This document shows positions 36,714-45,902 of a stretch of DNA of 64,000 nucleotides, piece after piece. Each line of letters opens with the position of its first letter. Position 1 is the stretch's first letter. The position numbers and the translations under genes were made by a program. The DNA comes from Bacteroidales bacterium (GTDB taxonomy: Bacteria > Bacteroidota > Bacteroidia > Bacteroidales > UBA12077). The DNA is taken from the NCBI GenBank assembly GCA_963665525.1, contig OY762280.1, positions 705,451 to 769,450 on the forward strand, in the 5' to 3' direction. The notes beneath the pieces were generated by a model. It had not been told where the DNA came from. It worked only from the letters and a program-made list of their open reading frames with translations, and did not search any database.

Positions 36714-38432
36714 ATGGATTTACATAAATATTTTAGAAATACCTTTCTAATGATTATTTTAAGTTTAGTTAATCTTTTTAATCTGTTTGGTTTATCTAAC
36801 TCAGCAGGATTACAAGAAAATCAAGAGAAATCTGCTCCAGTAAAGATCTTTTACGGTTTAAATGAAAGTCATAGTAATGACTGGGCACAAATTGCAACTA
36901 ATGGAGAAGTGGGTATCGTCTATTTTAATGAGGTAAATAAGCTAATTTACAGGTCAATAAATCAGTCTGGGGAAAGCAATGAAGAAGTAATAACCACTGG
37001 AAATCATTTAGAGATTTCAGTTTTGTTATTCGATTTGAATTCAAGCCCTCATGTGTTTACTGCAAGCTCGAGTGATACAAAACAAATTATTACTCACTAC
37101 TTTAAGAATGAAAACAAAGATTGGATAGAAGAGCAAACTATTAGTTTTCAAAACGAAGGAGGAAAATTTATTTATGAGCTTTCTGCAGAAATTGGAAATG
37201 ATGGTTCTTTTCATTTACTTGCATTGAAAACCAGATCAAATCCAGACTCGGAAGACTATTACTATGCTTACCTCGATGCCCATTTATATTATATTACGAA
37301 TAGAGATAATAGGTGGGTAAAAGAATTAATTTGCAATTACGATATGATTTATACTGCTGATGAATATTCTAAGGCTTTAAATCGACAAGATATTGATATT
37401 GATGAGGATGGATTTGTTCATGTTGTATTTGGAGAGCAAATTGATGGTTCATCTTGGAGTTCACCTAGTAGATTACAGTACGTAACAAATAAAACTGGTA
37501 ATTGGGTAATCGAAACAGCATTTAACCCTAATTTAAGCTCAAGAGATGATGCGGGCTGGTTTCCATCATTGAAATTAGATCATAATAATAATCCAAATAT
37601 TGCTTGTACATATGTTAAAAGGTATGCTACAGGTTCGTCAATGAGTGCAAAGTTATACTATTTAAAACGATCTGGTAATTCACAATGGAGTTCAGAAATT
37701 GTTGTAGAATCAGATGATGGTTATTATGGAACAGATGGCAGAAGATTTTCAGGAGGATTAAATAGCTTACTTTTTGATAAAGAAAATAATCCTCATATTA
37801 TTTTTACAGATATAGCTTCTTCACATGCTGGCCGAAATTATTGGAATTTGGGAAATGTGAGGCATGCTACAAGAAGTTATAATAAATGGCAGACTGCAAA
37901 CATATATAGACAGCCGAATCCCGATAGTTATTACGACGCAAAAGAAATATACAGTATTTGCGGACTAAGTACTCAAGATTCTATTATAAATGTGGTTGTT
38001 CAAGAGTTAGATATTTCAAGTGTTAGTAATTATAGCTTTTTTATTAAGACTTTTAGATATAACTATTTTAATGATTTAATCGATACAATTACTGATGTTA
38101 CTAATAATACAGATACAGTTGCAACATTTAATAATATGAGTGATGAATTAGTTAAGAATACTTTTATAATGACTTATCCTAATCCTTTTAAAGATTTAAC
38201 AAATATAAAAGTGAATGTTCCAGAACCAACAATTATAAATCTTGATATTTATGATATAAATGGAAGAATAATAAAACATTTAGTTAACGATACCTATATT
38301 CGAGATGAAGATATATTTGAATGGAATGGCATTGATAATTCAGGAAATGAAACCATGGATGGAGTTTATTTTTGTGCTTTAACTACAGATGATAATATGT
38401 TTATAATTAAACGAATATTGCTAGTTAAATAG
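36714..38432 (+). CDS. Secreted repeat (beta-propeller-like) protein with T9SS C-terminal sorting domain
   Basis: 572 aa. N-terminal hydrophobic signal. A recurring blade-like unit (SSPHVFTASS, GSFHLLALK, GFVHVVFGEQ, NNPNIACTYV, NNPHIIFTDI, each followed by a W-containing strand). The last ~85 aa (YPNPFKDLTNIKVNV...DGVYFCALTTDDNMFIIKRILLVK) fit the T9SS CTD pattern. Confidence 0.6.
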   Translation: MDLHKYFRNTFLMIILSLVNLFNLFGLSNSAGLQENQEKSAPVKIFYGLNESHSNDWAQIATNGEVGIVYFNEVNKLIYRSINQSGESNEEVITTGNHLEISVLLFDLNSSPHVFTASSSDTKQIITHYFKNENKDWIEEQTISFQNEGGKFIYELSAEIGNDGSFHLLALKTRSNPDSEDYYYAYLDAHLYYITNRDNRWVKELICNYDMIYTADEYSKALNRQDIDIDEDGFVHVVFGEQIDGSSWSSPSRLQYVTNKTGNWVIETAFNPNLSSRDDAGWFPSLKLDHNNNPNIACTYVKRYATGSSMSAKLYYLKRSGNSQWSSEIVVESDDGYYGTDGRRFSGGLNSLLFDKENNPHIIFTDIASSHAGRNYWNLGNVRHATRSYNKWQTANIYRQPNPDSYYDAKEIYSICGLSTQDSIINVVVQELDISSVSNYSFFIKTFRYNYFNDLIDTITDVTNNTDTVATFNNMSDELVKNTFIMTYPNPFKDLTNIKVNVPEPTIINLDIYDINGRIIKHLVNDTYIRDEDIFEWNGIDNSGNETMDGVYFCALTTDDNMFIIKRILLVK

Positions 38433-38452
38433 TGTTTTTAAGGACTAAAATT

Positions 38453-38495
38453 ATGTCCGAAATTGTGCAAAAGCTGTTCAGTTTCGGGCATTTTT
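38453..38495 (+). terminator. Candidate intrinsic terminator after the T9SS cargo gene
   Basis: 10-bp stem ATGTCCGAAA (38453-38462) / TTTCGGGCAT (38482-38491) with one G-U pair and a 19-nt loop, followed by TTTTT. Confidence 0.5.
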
Positions 38496-38547
38496 CATTA
38501 TTCACAGATGTAAGTAAATGTCACATAATCAAGTGATAATAATATTG

Positions 38548-38564
38548 TGGCATAAAATGTGATA
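38548..38564 (+). promoter_or_regulatory. Candidate sigma-54 -24/-12-like element upstream of FtsX permease 5
   Basis: TGGCATAAAATGTGATA, 110 nt before the ATG. This is farther from the start than in the other five copies, and the -12 box is weak. Confidence 0.25.
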
Positions 38565-38657
38565 TTTCTAACTATTCAATAAGCGGGGAAATAAGAATAA
38601 AATACCTTAACAATATTATTAAGAATTAATTTGTCAATTAACCTAAAATAATGAATT

Positions 38658-41042
38658 ATGCTTAAAAACCTTTTTAAAACTGCTATAAGAAATATATTTA
38701 AGGACTTTGGTTATAGTAGTTTAAATATTCTTGGTTTAACACTTGGAATTGCCAGTGCCTTATTTTTAATTATTTATATTGCTGATGAAATTAGTTATGA
38801 TAAATACCACGAAAATGCTGAACGTATTTATCGAGTGGCATCACACATAACAGAAACCGATGATGAATTTACCTGGATTGTTGCTCAAGTTCCTTTTGCA
38901 CCTCAAGTTGTACAGGATTATCCAGAAGTTGAGCATTCGGTTCGTTTTATTGATAACGGGCGCGAATTATTTAAATACGAGGATAAAGAGTTTTATGAAG
39001 AGAGTTTCTTTTACACAGATTCTAACGTTTTTGATGTTTTTACATACGAATTTATCAAAGGTAATCCTGTTGATGCTTTAACTGAACCAAACAACATAGT
39101 TTTAACAGAAACAGTTGCCGCAAAATATTTTGGTAAAGAAGATCCAATAGGTAAATCATTAGTAAATAGGGATGATACTTATAAAGTAACAGGAGTAATT
39201 AAGGATGTTCCTAATAATTCTCACTTTCGTTTCGAAGGCTTAATGTCAAGAAGTAGTTTACCTCCGGATTTTGGAAATTCATGGGGAAATTTTGGAGTTT
39301 TTACTTATTTGCTTTTGCCCGAACATGTAGATTATAAGGTTTTTGAGAGTAAGATACAGGAAATGTATGGAAAATATATGGCCGAGATTTTTGAACGAAT
39401 GGGAATTAAAATAGAGTATGTATTAGATCCAATTACAGATATTCATTTAAAATCTACATATCAAGGAGAACCTGAACCAACAGGGAGTTATGCTTATGTA
39501 ATAATATTTGCAATTGTTGCTTTATTCTTAATACTAATTGCAGCTATGAATTATATGAATCTGGCCACAGCTCGATCTACCAAACGTGCTCGTGAGGTTG
39601 GTTTAAGAAAAGTGGTTGGTTCTCATCGAGGTAGTTTAATATTTCAGTTTTTAACTGAATCAACAGTTTTAACATTTATTTCATTGTTGCTGAGTATAAT
39701 ACTCTTAATTCTTTTGTTGCCATACTTTAATCAATTGGCAGGTAAATCATTTAATATTGATGTTTTATATAGTCCGGTAGCAATTATAAGTATTGTATCA
39801 GTAATTGTTGTCGTAGGTATAATTGGGGGAAGTTATCCTGCTTTTTATTTATCGAAATTTAACCCCGTTATTGTGTTTAAGGGAGAAGTAACAAAAGGAT
39901 CTTCAGGAAGCATGTTTAGAAAAGTTTTAGTTGTGATTCAGTTTACGATATCGGTTGCCATGATTGTATCAACTTTGGTTGTTTATAAACAATTGAATTA
40001 TTTAAAAACAAAAGATTTGGGTTATGATATGGATAACGTTGTTAGTCTTGAGTTTACAACTCGACAAATGGTTGATAAATATCCAGTGCTAAAACAAGCA
40101 TTACTCGAAAATCCGAATATAAAATATGTAGGTTCAACAGGGACAAGAGTAGGAGAAGGTTCTGGGAAAGTAATTCTGAATGTTGAGACAGAAGATGGTA
40201 TGCAAGAAAGAGGAATTAACCTGGCAAGTGTTGATCATGATTTTATTGAGGCATTAGGAATTACAATGAAAGAAGGGAGAGATTTCCAGGAAAACATGCC
40301 ATCTGATACTCTTCTGGGAGTTATTGTAAATGAAACCATGGCAAAACGCTTGAATTGGGAAAATCCAATAGGAAAAAGAGTTGAGATGGAAGGTAGAGGA
40401 GGTCAGGAATTTCTTAGAGCTACAGTTGTTGGTGTTATGAAAGATTTTCACCAAACAGGAATGTATAACGAAATAGAAACAATCTTATATTTTTATCGTG
40501 TTAATAACCGTTTGGTTTACATAAAACTTACCGACGCTTCAGTTCAGGAAACAATAAAATTTATTGAGAATGCCTGGAATGAAGTATTTCCTGAACAGCC
40601 ATTTGAATATTCGTTTTTATCGGATAGATTTAATGAACAGTTTGGTGCTGACGAAAAAAGGGGCTTTATTTTTACTTTATTTACTGTACTGGCAATATTG
40701 ATAGCATGTTTAGGCTTGTTTGGATTAGCTTCGTATACCGTTGAACAACGTACTAAGGAAATTGGAATCAGAAAAGTTGTTGGCGCTAGTGAAGGAACTG
40801 TAGTGAAGTTAATTTCTCGAGAATTTTTAATACTGGCAACGATTTCAATTCTAGTAGCATTCCCATTATCTTTTTATTTTATGCGCGACTGGTTACAACA
40901 ATTTGTGTATAGAACTAATTTAGGATTATTTGTGTTTATAATTGCGGGATTAATTACAATAACGATAACTTTTATAACAATTAGCTATCAGGCATGGAAA
41001 GCAGCAAATGCTAATCCTGCAGAGTCGTTACGGGTAGAATAA
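38658..41042 (+). CDS. MacB/FtsX-family permease 5, double FtsX module, no ATPase domain, no adjacent two-component system
   Basis: 794 aa. N-terminus LFKTAIRNIFKDFGYSSLNILGLTLGIASALFLIIYIADEISYDKYH, two TM1-loop-3TM halves, C-terminus NPAESLRVE. Confidence 0.85.
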   Translation: MLKNLFKTAIRNIFKDFGYSSLNILGLTLGIASALFLIIYIADEISYDKYHENAERIYRVASHITETDDEFTWIVAQVPFAPQVVQDYPEVEHSVRFIDNGRELFKYEDKEFYEESFFYTDSNVFDVFTYEFIKGNPVDALTEPNNIVLTETVAAKYFGKEDPIGKSLVNRDDTYKVTGVIKDVPNNSHFRFEGLMSRSSLPPDFGNSWGNFGVFTYLLLPEHVDYKVFESKIQEMYGKYMAEIFERMGIKIEYVLDPITDIHLKSTYQGEPEPTGSYAYVIIFAIVALFLILIAAMNYMNLATARSTKRAREVGLRKVVGSHRGSLIFQFLTESTVLTFISLLLSIILLILLLPYFNQLAGKSFNIDVLYSPVAIISIVSVIVVVGIIGGSYPAFYLSKFNPVIVFKGEVTKGSSGSMFRKVLVVIQFTISVAMIVSTLVVYKQLNYLKTKDLGYDMDNVVSLEFTTRQMVDKYPVLKQALLENPNIKYVGSTGTRVGEGSGKVILNVETEDGMQERGINLASVDHDFIEALGITMKEGRDFQENMPSDTLLGVIVNETMAKRLNWENPIGKRVEMEGRGGQEFLRATVVGVMKDFHQTGMYNEIETILYFYRVNNRLVYIKLTDASVQETIKFIENAWNEVFPEQPFEYSFLSDRFNEQFGADEKRGFIFTLFTVLAILIACLGLFGLASYTVEQRTKEIGIRKVVGASEGTVVKLISREFLILATISILVAFPLSFYFMRDWLQQFVYRTNLGLFVFIIAGLITITITFITISYQAWKAANANPAESLRVE

Positions 41043-41070
41043 GACCTTGAAAATAATCATATTTAAAAAA

Positions 41071-41102
41071 CAAATTCCCGCTTTCTGTGGGAATTTGTTT
41101 TT
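41071..41102 (+). terminator. Rho-independent terminator after FtsX permease 5
   Basis: 9-bp stem CAAATTCCC (41071-41079) / GGGAATTTG (41089-41097) with a 9-nt loop, followed by TTTTT and preceded by an A-run. Confidence 0.75.
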
Positions 41103-41215
41103 ATATAATATAGTCAATAACTTACCTTTTGTCGGATATAAAAACCTCTCGAAGAAAAAACATTTTATTCAATTTAATAAATTAAAATCTTGCAGAAACC
41201 TAACTTACAAATCTA

Positions 41216-42898
41216 ATGAAAACAAAAATCTATTTATTATTAACATGGCTATTCATATCAACAAGATTATTTGCACAAACATTTTATCAGGATTTATGGC
41301 AAGGAAATACAGAAAATGTTGAAGAATATATCAAGAATAATCCTGATATAGTTCATGATGTGAATCAATGGGGTTTGTCACCAATTCAAGTAGTAATTTC
41401 CTGGGGGCATAGAAATCATAAAGAAATAATAGATAAACTTTTGATAAATGGTGCTGATATCAATCAGCTTTCTAATAACGGGCGAACGGTTATCCATTTT
41501 GCAGCAGAGTCTGCTTCCATTGACTTATTAAAATACTTAATTGATAAAGGTGCTGATATTTCAATTCTAGATGATGATAACAATAGCGCATTATACTATG
41601 CTGTATTAAGGAAAGATAATCAGATTATTGACTTAGTTAATAATGAAACTATTCAACTACCTGCTACTGGAGAAAAAGGACGAAAGTTATTGTTAAGTGC
41701 AGTGTCATGTGGTAATGAAAAAATAGTGAATGCTCTAATTCAAAATGGGGCCGATATTTATGTAAAAAGAGCAGATGGGGCAACGCTTTTACATTGTGCA
41801 GCAGAAGGGAATATGATAAATTTGTTAGATCAATTGATTCGAGAAGGTTTCGATATTAATGCACAAAACAAATACTATTATACTCCTTTGCACTTAGCGG
41901 TTAAGAACAAGAATATTGGTGCTATAAAGAAACTGATTAAGAAAGGAGCTAATATTGAGAGTGAAACTAATACCGGACTAAAACCATATCATATAGCAAT
42001 TGAAAATGAAAATAAGGATATAGTAGAAATATTGGTAAACTCTGGAGCCAAAACTGATCAATTCGAATTTAATATTGTAGGAGAATATTTTGGACAAAAA
42101 CTGCCAGGAAGTATACCTGAAATTTTTGCTCCGGGAATTGTATCTACTATGGATGGTTTTGAGTTTGCCGGGGTATTTACTCCCGATAATAAAGAATTTT
42201 TCTTTACACAGCGAGGTTTGGGATTTGGGCAAAGAATCAGATATTTAAAAGTTAAAGATGGAAAATGGCAACGGCCAGATTTTGCACCTTTTACATATGA
42301 TTGTTTTGAGTTTGAACCTGGAATATCTCCTGATGGAGAGGCCATTTTCTATGGATCCATGAGACCATTGCCAGGTTCTGATGAGATAAACCGAAGTATA
42401 TTCATCTGGAAAGTAACAAAAAATGAAGGTTGGAAAAATCCGCAATTGATTGGTGGTGAGATGATGTATGTAAATGTTGCAGCTAATGGCAACATTTATA
42501 CTACTAGCCTCAAAAGAGATGGCGATAAGGGGATAATAAAAAGAGAATTGCATAAGAATGAATATAGCGATTTCATCAATTTAGGTGATAGTATAAATTT
42601 TATGTTGGGTACAGCTCATCCTTATATTGCTCCTGATGAAAGCTATGTAATTTTCGATGCACAACCTGAAGAATATGGTGAAAATGGAGCTTTGTTTATT
42701 AGTTTTAAAAAGAATAATGGAACCTGGACCAAAGCAAAAGCTTTTGGAGATGAGATTAATTTTGGCCAGGTCATGACCGCGTGGGTATCGCACGATCAGA
42801 AATATATGTTCTTTCATTCTACAGTAGATGGTTTTGGTGATATATATTGGGTTGATGCTTCAGTAATTCAAAAAATGAAAAAAGAAATATTGAAATGA
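41216..42898 (+). CDS. Periplasmic/secreted ankyrin-repeat protein fused to a PD40 (TolB-like beta-propeller) domain
   Basis: 560 aa. Signal peptide (LLLTWLFISTRLFAQ). About 7 ANK repeats (GRTVIHFAAESASIDLLKYLIDKGADI, GATLLHCAAEGNMINLLDQLIREGFDIN, YTPLHLAVKNKNIGAIKKLIKKGANI...). C-terminal ~275 aa are homologous to the three downstream PD40 proteins (GQKLPGSIPEIFAPGIVST, HPYIAPDESYVIFD, DIYWVDASVIQKMKK). Confidence 0.7.
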   Translation: MKTKIYLLLTWLFISTRLFAQTFYQDLWQGNTENVEEYIKNNPDIVHDVNQWGLSPIQVVISWGHRNHKEIIDKLLINGADINQLSNNGRTVIHFAAESASIDLLKYLIDKGADISILDDDNNSALYYAVLRKDNQIIDLVNNETIQLPATGEKGRKLLLSAVSCGNEKIVNALIQNGADIYVKRADGATLLHCAAEGNMINLLDQLIREGFDINAQNKYYYTPLHLAVKNKNIGAIKKLIKKGANIESETNTGLKPYHIAIENENKDIVEILVNSGAKTDQFEFNIVGEYFGQKLPGSIPEIFAPGIVSTMDGFEFAGVFTPDNKEFFFTQRGLGFGQRIRYLKVKDGKWQRPDFAPFTYDCFEFEPGISPDGEAIFYGSMRPLPGSDEINRSIFIWKVTKNEGWKNPQLIGGEMMYVNVAANGNIYTTSLKRDGDKGIIKRELHKNEYSDFINLGDSINFMLGTAHPYIAPDESYVIFDAQPEEYGENGALFISFKKNNGTWTKAKAFGDEINFGQVMTAWVSHDQKYMFFHSTVDGFGDIYWVDASVIQKMKKEILK

Positions 42899-43866
42899 GA
42901 AGAATTAGAATTTTAGTATTAACAGTTTTAGTTTCAGTCAATTTTGCTATAGGACAAACAAATGTAGATTTCTTTGGTCAAAAGCCAATTGGTGAGAATG
43001 CGGTTATATTTGCTCCTGCAATACTATCAACAATCCATCACGAGCATAGTAGATTAGAGTTTTCAAAAGATGGGAATGAAATATTTTGGGCTGTTATACC
43101 AATTGATACAGTTAAAAGAAATAAGCATCAGAATGCGTATTTAATTGATCAGCAAAAAATATGGCATATTTATAAAACAAAACAAGGTTGGTCAGAGCCT
43201 AGGGTTCTTGAATTTACTGCAGATTCGAAAAGTGGAGTGCCGACTTTATTGGTAGATCAGCAGTCTTTATTCTTTTACCAAACAGATCCTAATACTCCCA
43301 AAGATGTTCGTCCTAAAAAATCAAACTTACTATCCGTTAAAAGGAAGGGTGAAAATTGGGGTAAGCCTGAAATTATAGAAAATATGATACCTAAAGTAGA
43401 AGGAAAGGCTACTATGGCATTCACAATTGCAGATAATGGAAATGTATATTACGACTTGGGTGGACCTGATGAACATGGAAACTGGATTTGGAAAATATAT
43501 TTCAGAGAATTTAAGGATGGGAAATATCAAGATCCGATCATGCTTAAAAATAAAATTGATATTTCAATGGTAAACTGGTGCCCGTTTGTTGCACCTGATG
43601 AGAGCTATCTGATATTTTCTTCGCATAGGTATGGAGGTTATGGAAATGGCGATTTGTACATTTGTTTCAAAGGTAAAAATAATGGCTGGACTGAACCAAT
43701 TAATATGGGGCAGAGCGTAAATACATCTTCACAAGAACGATTCCCTTCGGTAAGTCCTGATGGTAAATACTTATTTTTTGCACGTCATCAGTATAAAACC
43801 TTTAATGATTATTTCTGGATAGATGCTTCAATAATTGAAAAATTAAAAAAACAAATATATAAATGA
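42895..43866 (+). CDS. Periplasmic PD40 (TolB-like beta-propeller repeat) protein, paralog 2
   Basis: 323 aa. Signal peptide. PD40-type motifs FVAPDESYLIFSSHRYGGYGNGDLYICF and SVSPDGKYLFFARH. ATGA start/stop overlap with the upstream gene. Confidence 0.65.
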   Translation: MRRIRILVLTVLVSVNFAIGQTNVDFFGQKPIGENAVIFAPAILSTIHHEHSRLEFSKDGNEIFWAVIPIDTVKRNKHQNAYLIDQQKIWHIYKTKQGWSEPRVLEFTADSKSGVPTLLVDQQSLFFYQTDPNTPKDVRPKKSNLLSVKRKGENWGKPEIIENMIPKVEGKATMAFTIADNGNVYYDLGGPDEHGNWIWKIYFREFKDGKYQDPIMLKNKIDISMVNWCPFVAPDESYLIFSSHRYGGYGNGDLYICFKGKNNGWTEPINMGQSVNTSSQERFPSVSPDGKYLFFARHQYKTFNDYFWIDASIIEKLKKQIYK

Positions 43867-44834
43867 AAACAATTAAAGTTCTAATAAGCTTATTAATCTT
43901 AAGTTGTAGTCTAGTCTATGCTCAAAATAATAATGATTATTTGGGTCAAAAATTTCCAGGAAGTACGCCTCAATTATTTGCACCGGGGATTGTTTCATCG
44001 GGTAATCACGATATGGATATTACTATTTCCCCAGATGGGAATGAGATTTTTTTTACAAGATGTGGAATAAATTGGTATGCTGAAATACTTTATGTCCAAC
44101 GAACTGAAAATGGTTGGCAAGATCCTGTTGTTTTACCTTGGACAATAACTCGTAATAATAATTATCCATTTGTATCTCCTGATGGAAATTATTTGTTATT
44201 TGAATCTAAGGTAAAGTCCAAAGAAGGAGATGGCGATAATCGTGAAGTATTTTATTGTAAAAAAACCAAGAGAGGATGGAGTAAAGCAGTTATTTTCGAT
44301 AATGGATTAAACACAGAATATGCAGAGATGTACACGAGTATTTCATCGAATGGTACCATATATTTTTGTGCCAATTATCCAGAAAGTAATGGTAGGTTTG
44401 ATATTTACAAGTTCAATCCCGATAAAGATACAAAAGCAGTTAATTTGGGTGATTCTATTAATAATGAGTCCAATGAATTTCATCCATATATTGCCCCTGA
44501 TGAAAGCTATATTATATTTGATGCATCGCGAGAAGAAGGATTTGGAAGTAATGATTTATACATTAGCTTTAAGAAATCAGATGGAACTTGGTCAAAAGCT
44601 GTTAATATTGGCGAATCTATAAACACTCCTTATTCAGATATGCGCCCATTTGTTACTTACGATGGTAAGTATTTGTTTTTTTCAAGTACCAGAACGTTAA
44701 AAGAAGATATGCCTAATAATGAAATAGATTATGAAATCTTTATGAACAAGATTAATTCTTCAGGCAATGGAAGCCAGGATATTTATTGGGTCGATGCAAA
44801 AATTATTGACGAACTTAAAAAGAAAGTATTATAA
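43863..44834 (+). CDS. Periplasmic PD40 (TolB-like beta-propeller repeat) protein, paralog 3
   Basis: 323 aa. Signal peptide. ISPDGNEIFFTR, FVSPDGNYLLFES, YIAPDESYIIFDASREEGFGSNDLYISF, DIYWVDAKIIDELKKK. ATGA overlap with the upstream gene. Confidence 0.65.
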   Translation: MKTIKVLISLLILSCSLVYAQNNNDYLGQKFPGSTPQLFAPGIVSSGNHDMDITISPDGNEIFFTRCGINWYAEILYVQRTENGWQDPVVLPWTITRNNNYPFVSPDGNYLLFESKVKSKEGDGDNREVFYCKKTKRGWSKAVIFDNGLNTEYAEMYTSISSNGTIYFCANYPESNGRFDIYKFNPDKDTKAVNLGDSINNESNEFHPYIAPDESYIIFDASREEGFGSNDLYISFKKSDGTWSKAVNIGESINTPYSDMRPFVTYDGKYLFFSSTRTLKEDMPNNEIDYEIFMNKINSSGNGSQDIYWVDAKIIDELKKKVL

Positions 44835-45763
44835 TGAGAAAAATAGTAATATTTATTCTAGTTGGATTTTCTTTTATAAATATTAATGCTCAAACAAATA
44901 TTGATTATTGTGGGCAAAAAGTGCCTGGAAAAATACCAGAGCTATTTGCCAAGGGAATTGTTTCTTCGAATAATCAGGAACATAGTTTACTTTGTATTTC
45001 GCAAGATGGAACAGAAATGTGGTGGAGTATTTGGGACTTACCCTATTCACCTGAAAGTGTGCAAAAAATATATTTTATAAAAAAAGAAGATGGGAAATGG
45101 CAACAGGCACAGTTAGCTCCATTTAGTGGAAAATACAGGGATGGAGGACCATTTTTAAGTTATGATGGGAATAAGTTATTCTTTTACTCTAGAAGACCTA
45201 TTATGCATGATTCTTTAGTAAACGATAATGATATTTGGTATATTAATCGAACTAAAGATGGATGGAGTGAGCCTGTAAATGCTGGTAATATTATAAATAC
45301 TGATTTTGTTGAGGCTAATCCTGTGCTGGTAAAGAATAACAATCTGTATTTTACGTCAAATCGAGATGGTAATCCTGATATTTATTTATCAAAGTTTATT
45401 AATGGAGATTATACCAAACCTGTAAAACTGAGCGAAAATATCAATACTAGAGATGCCCGCGAAATGTTCTTTACCGTTTCTCCTGATGAAAGCTTTATCA
45501 TATTTACTCGTGATGACAGAAAATTTTCAACTGAAGGAGAGTTATTAGGAGGCGACAGGAATTTAATGATCAGTTTTAAAAATGAAGATGGAAGTTGGGG
45601 ATATGCAAAAGATATGGGGAGTATTTTTAATGATAAAAAGGCTCGATTTCCAAGTTTATCACCCGATGGTAAGTATTTGTTTTTTACTCGTTATACTGAA
45701 GGTAATGATGAGGACTTTTATTGGGTTGATGCTAACATCATTAGAACCCTGAAGACAGAGTAG
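44834..45763 (+). CDS. Periplasmic PD40 (TolB-like beta-propeller repeat) protein, paralog 4
   Basis: 309 aa. Signal peptide. GQKVPGKIPELFAKGIVSS, TVSPDESFIIFTRDD, SLSPDGKYLFFTRY, FYWVDANIIRTLK. TAATG 1-nt overlap with the upstream gene. Confidence 0.65.
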   Translation: MRKIVIFILVGFSFININAQTNIDYCGQKVPGKIPELFAKGIVSSNNQEHSLLCISQDGTEMWWSIWDLPYSPESVQKIYFIKKEDGKWQQAQLAPFSGKYRDGGPFLSYDGNKLFFYSRRPIMHDSLVNDNDIWYINRTKDGWSEPVNAGNIINTDFVEANPVLVKNNNLYFTSNRDGNPDIYLSKFINGDYTKPVKLSENINTRDAREMFFTVSPDESFIIFTRDDRKFSTEGELLGGDRNLMISFKNEDGSWGYAKDMGSIFNDKKARFPSLSPDGKYLFFTRYTEGNDEDFYWVDANIIRTLKTE

Positions 45764-45853
45764 TACATAATTGAACATTTATGTCCAAAAACGTACACTT
45801 TTAAAAGATTTCAAACATTTATAATTAACTTAAAGTCAATCAAATAGATCTTT

Positions 45854-45870
45854 TGGAATATAGTTTGATT
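45854..45870 (+). promoter_or_regulatory. Candidate sigma-54 -24/-12-like element upstream of FtsX permease 6
   Basis: TGGAATATAGTTTGATT, 49 nt before the ATG. GG at -24, and TTGA in place of TTGC at -12. Confidence 0.3.
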
Positions 45871-45902
45871 AATGAAAATTATAACCATTTAATAACTATC
45901 AT

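Noticed and set aside
38451-38462. TTATGTCCGAAA, shortly after the stop of the preceding gene, resembles TTATGTCCAAAA at 45779-45790. Both lie in the regions upstream of the two TCS-less FtsX genes. A 27-codon ORF also starts at 38453.
   Set aside because: By a rough estimate, an 11/12 match between two AT-rich regions of about 140 and 225 nt is expected by chance about half the time. The first copy is better explained as the 5' arm of a terminator hairpin. The mini-ORFs (27 and 7 codons) share nothing beyond MS.
41047-41322. A 91-aa plus-strand ORF spanning the FtsX5 terminator and the start of the ankyrin-PD40 gene.
   Set aside because: It runs through a clear rho-independent terminator and overlaps the better-supported signal-peptide start at 41216. 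It has no recognisable features.
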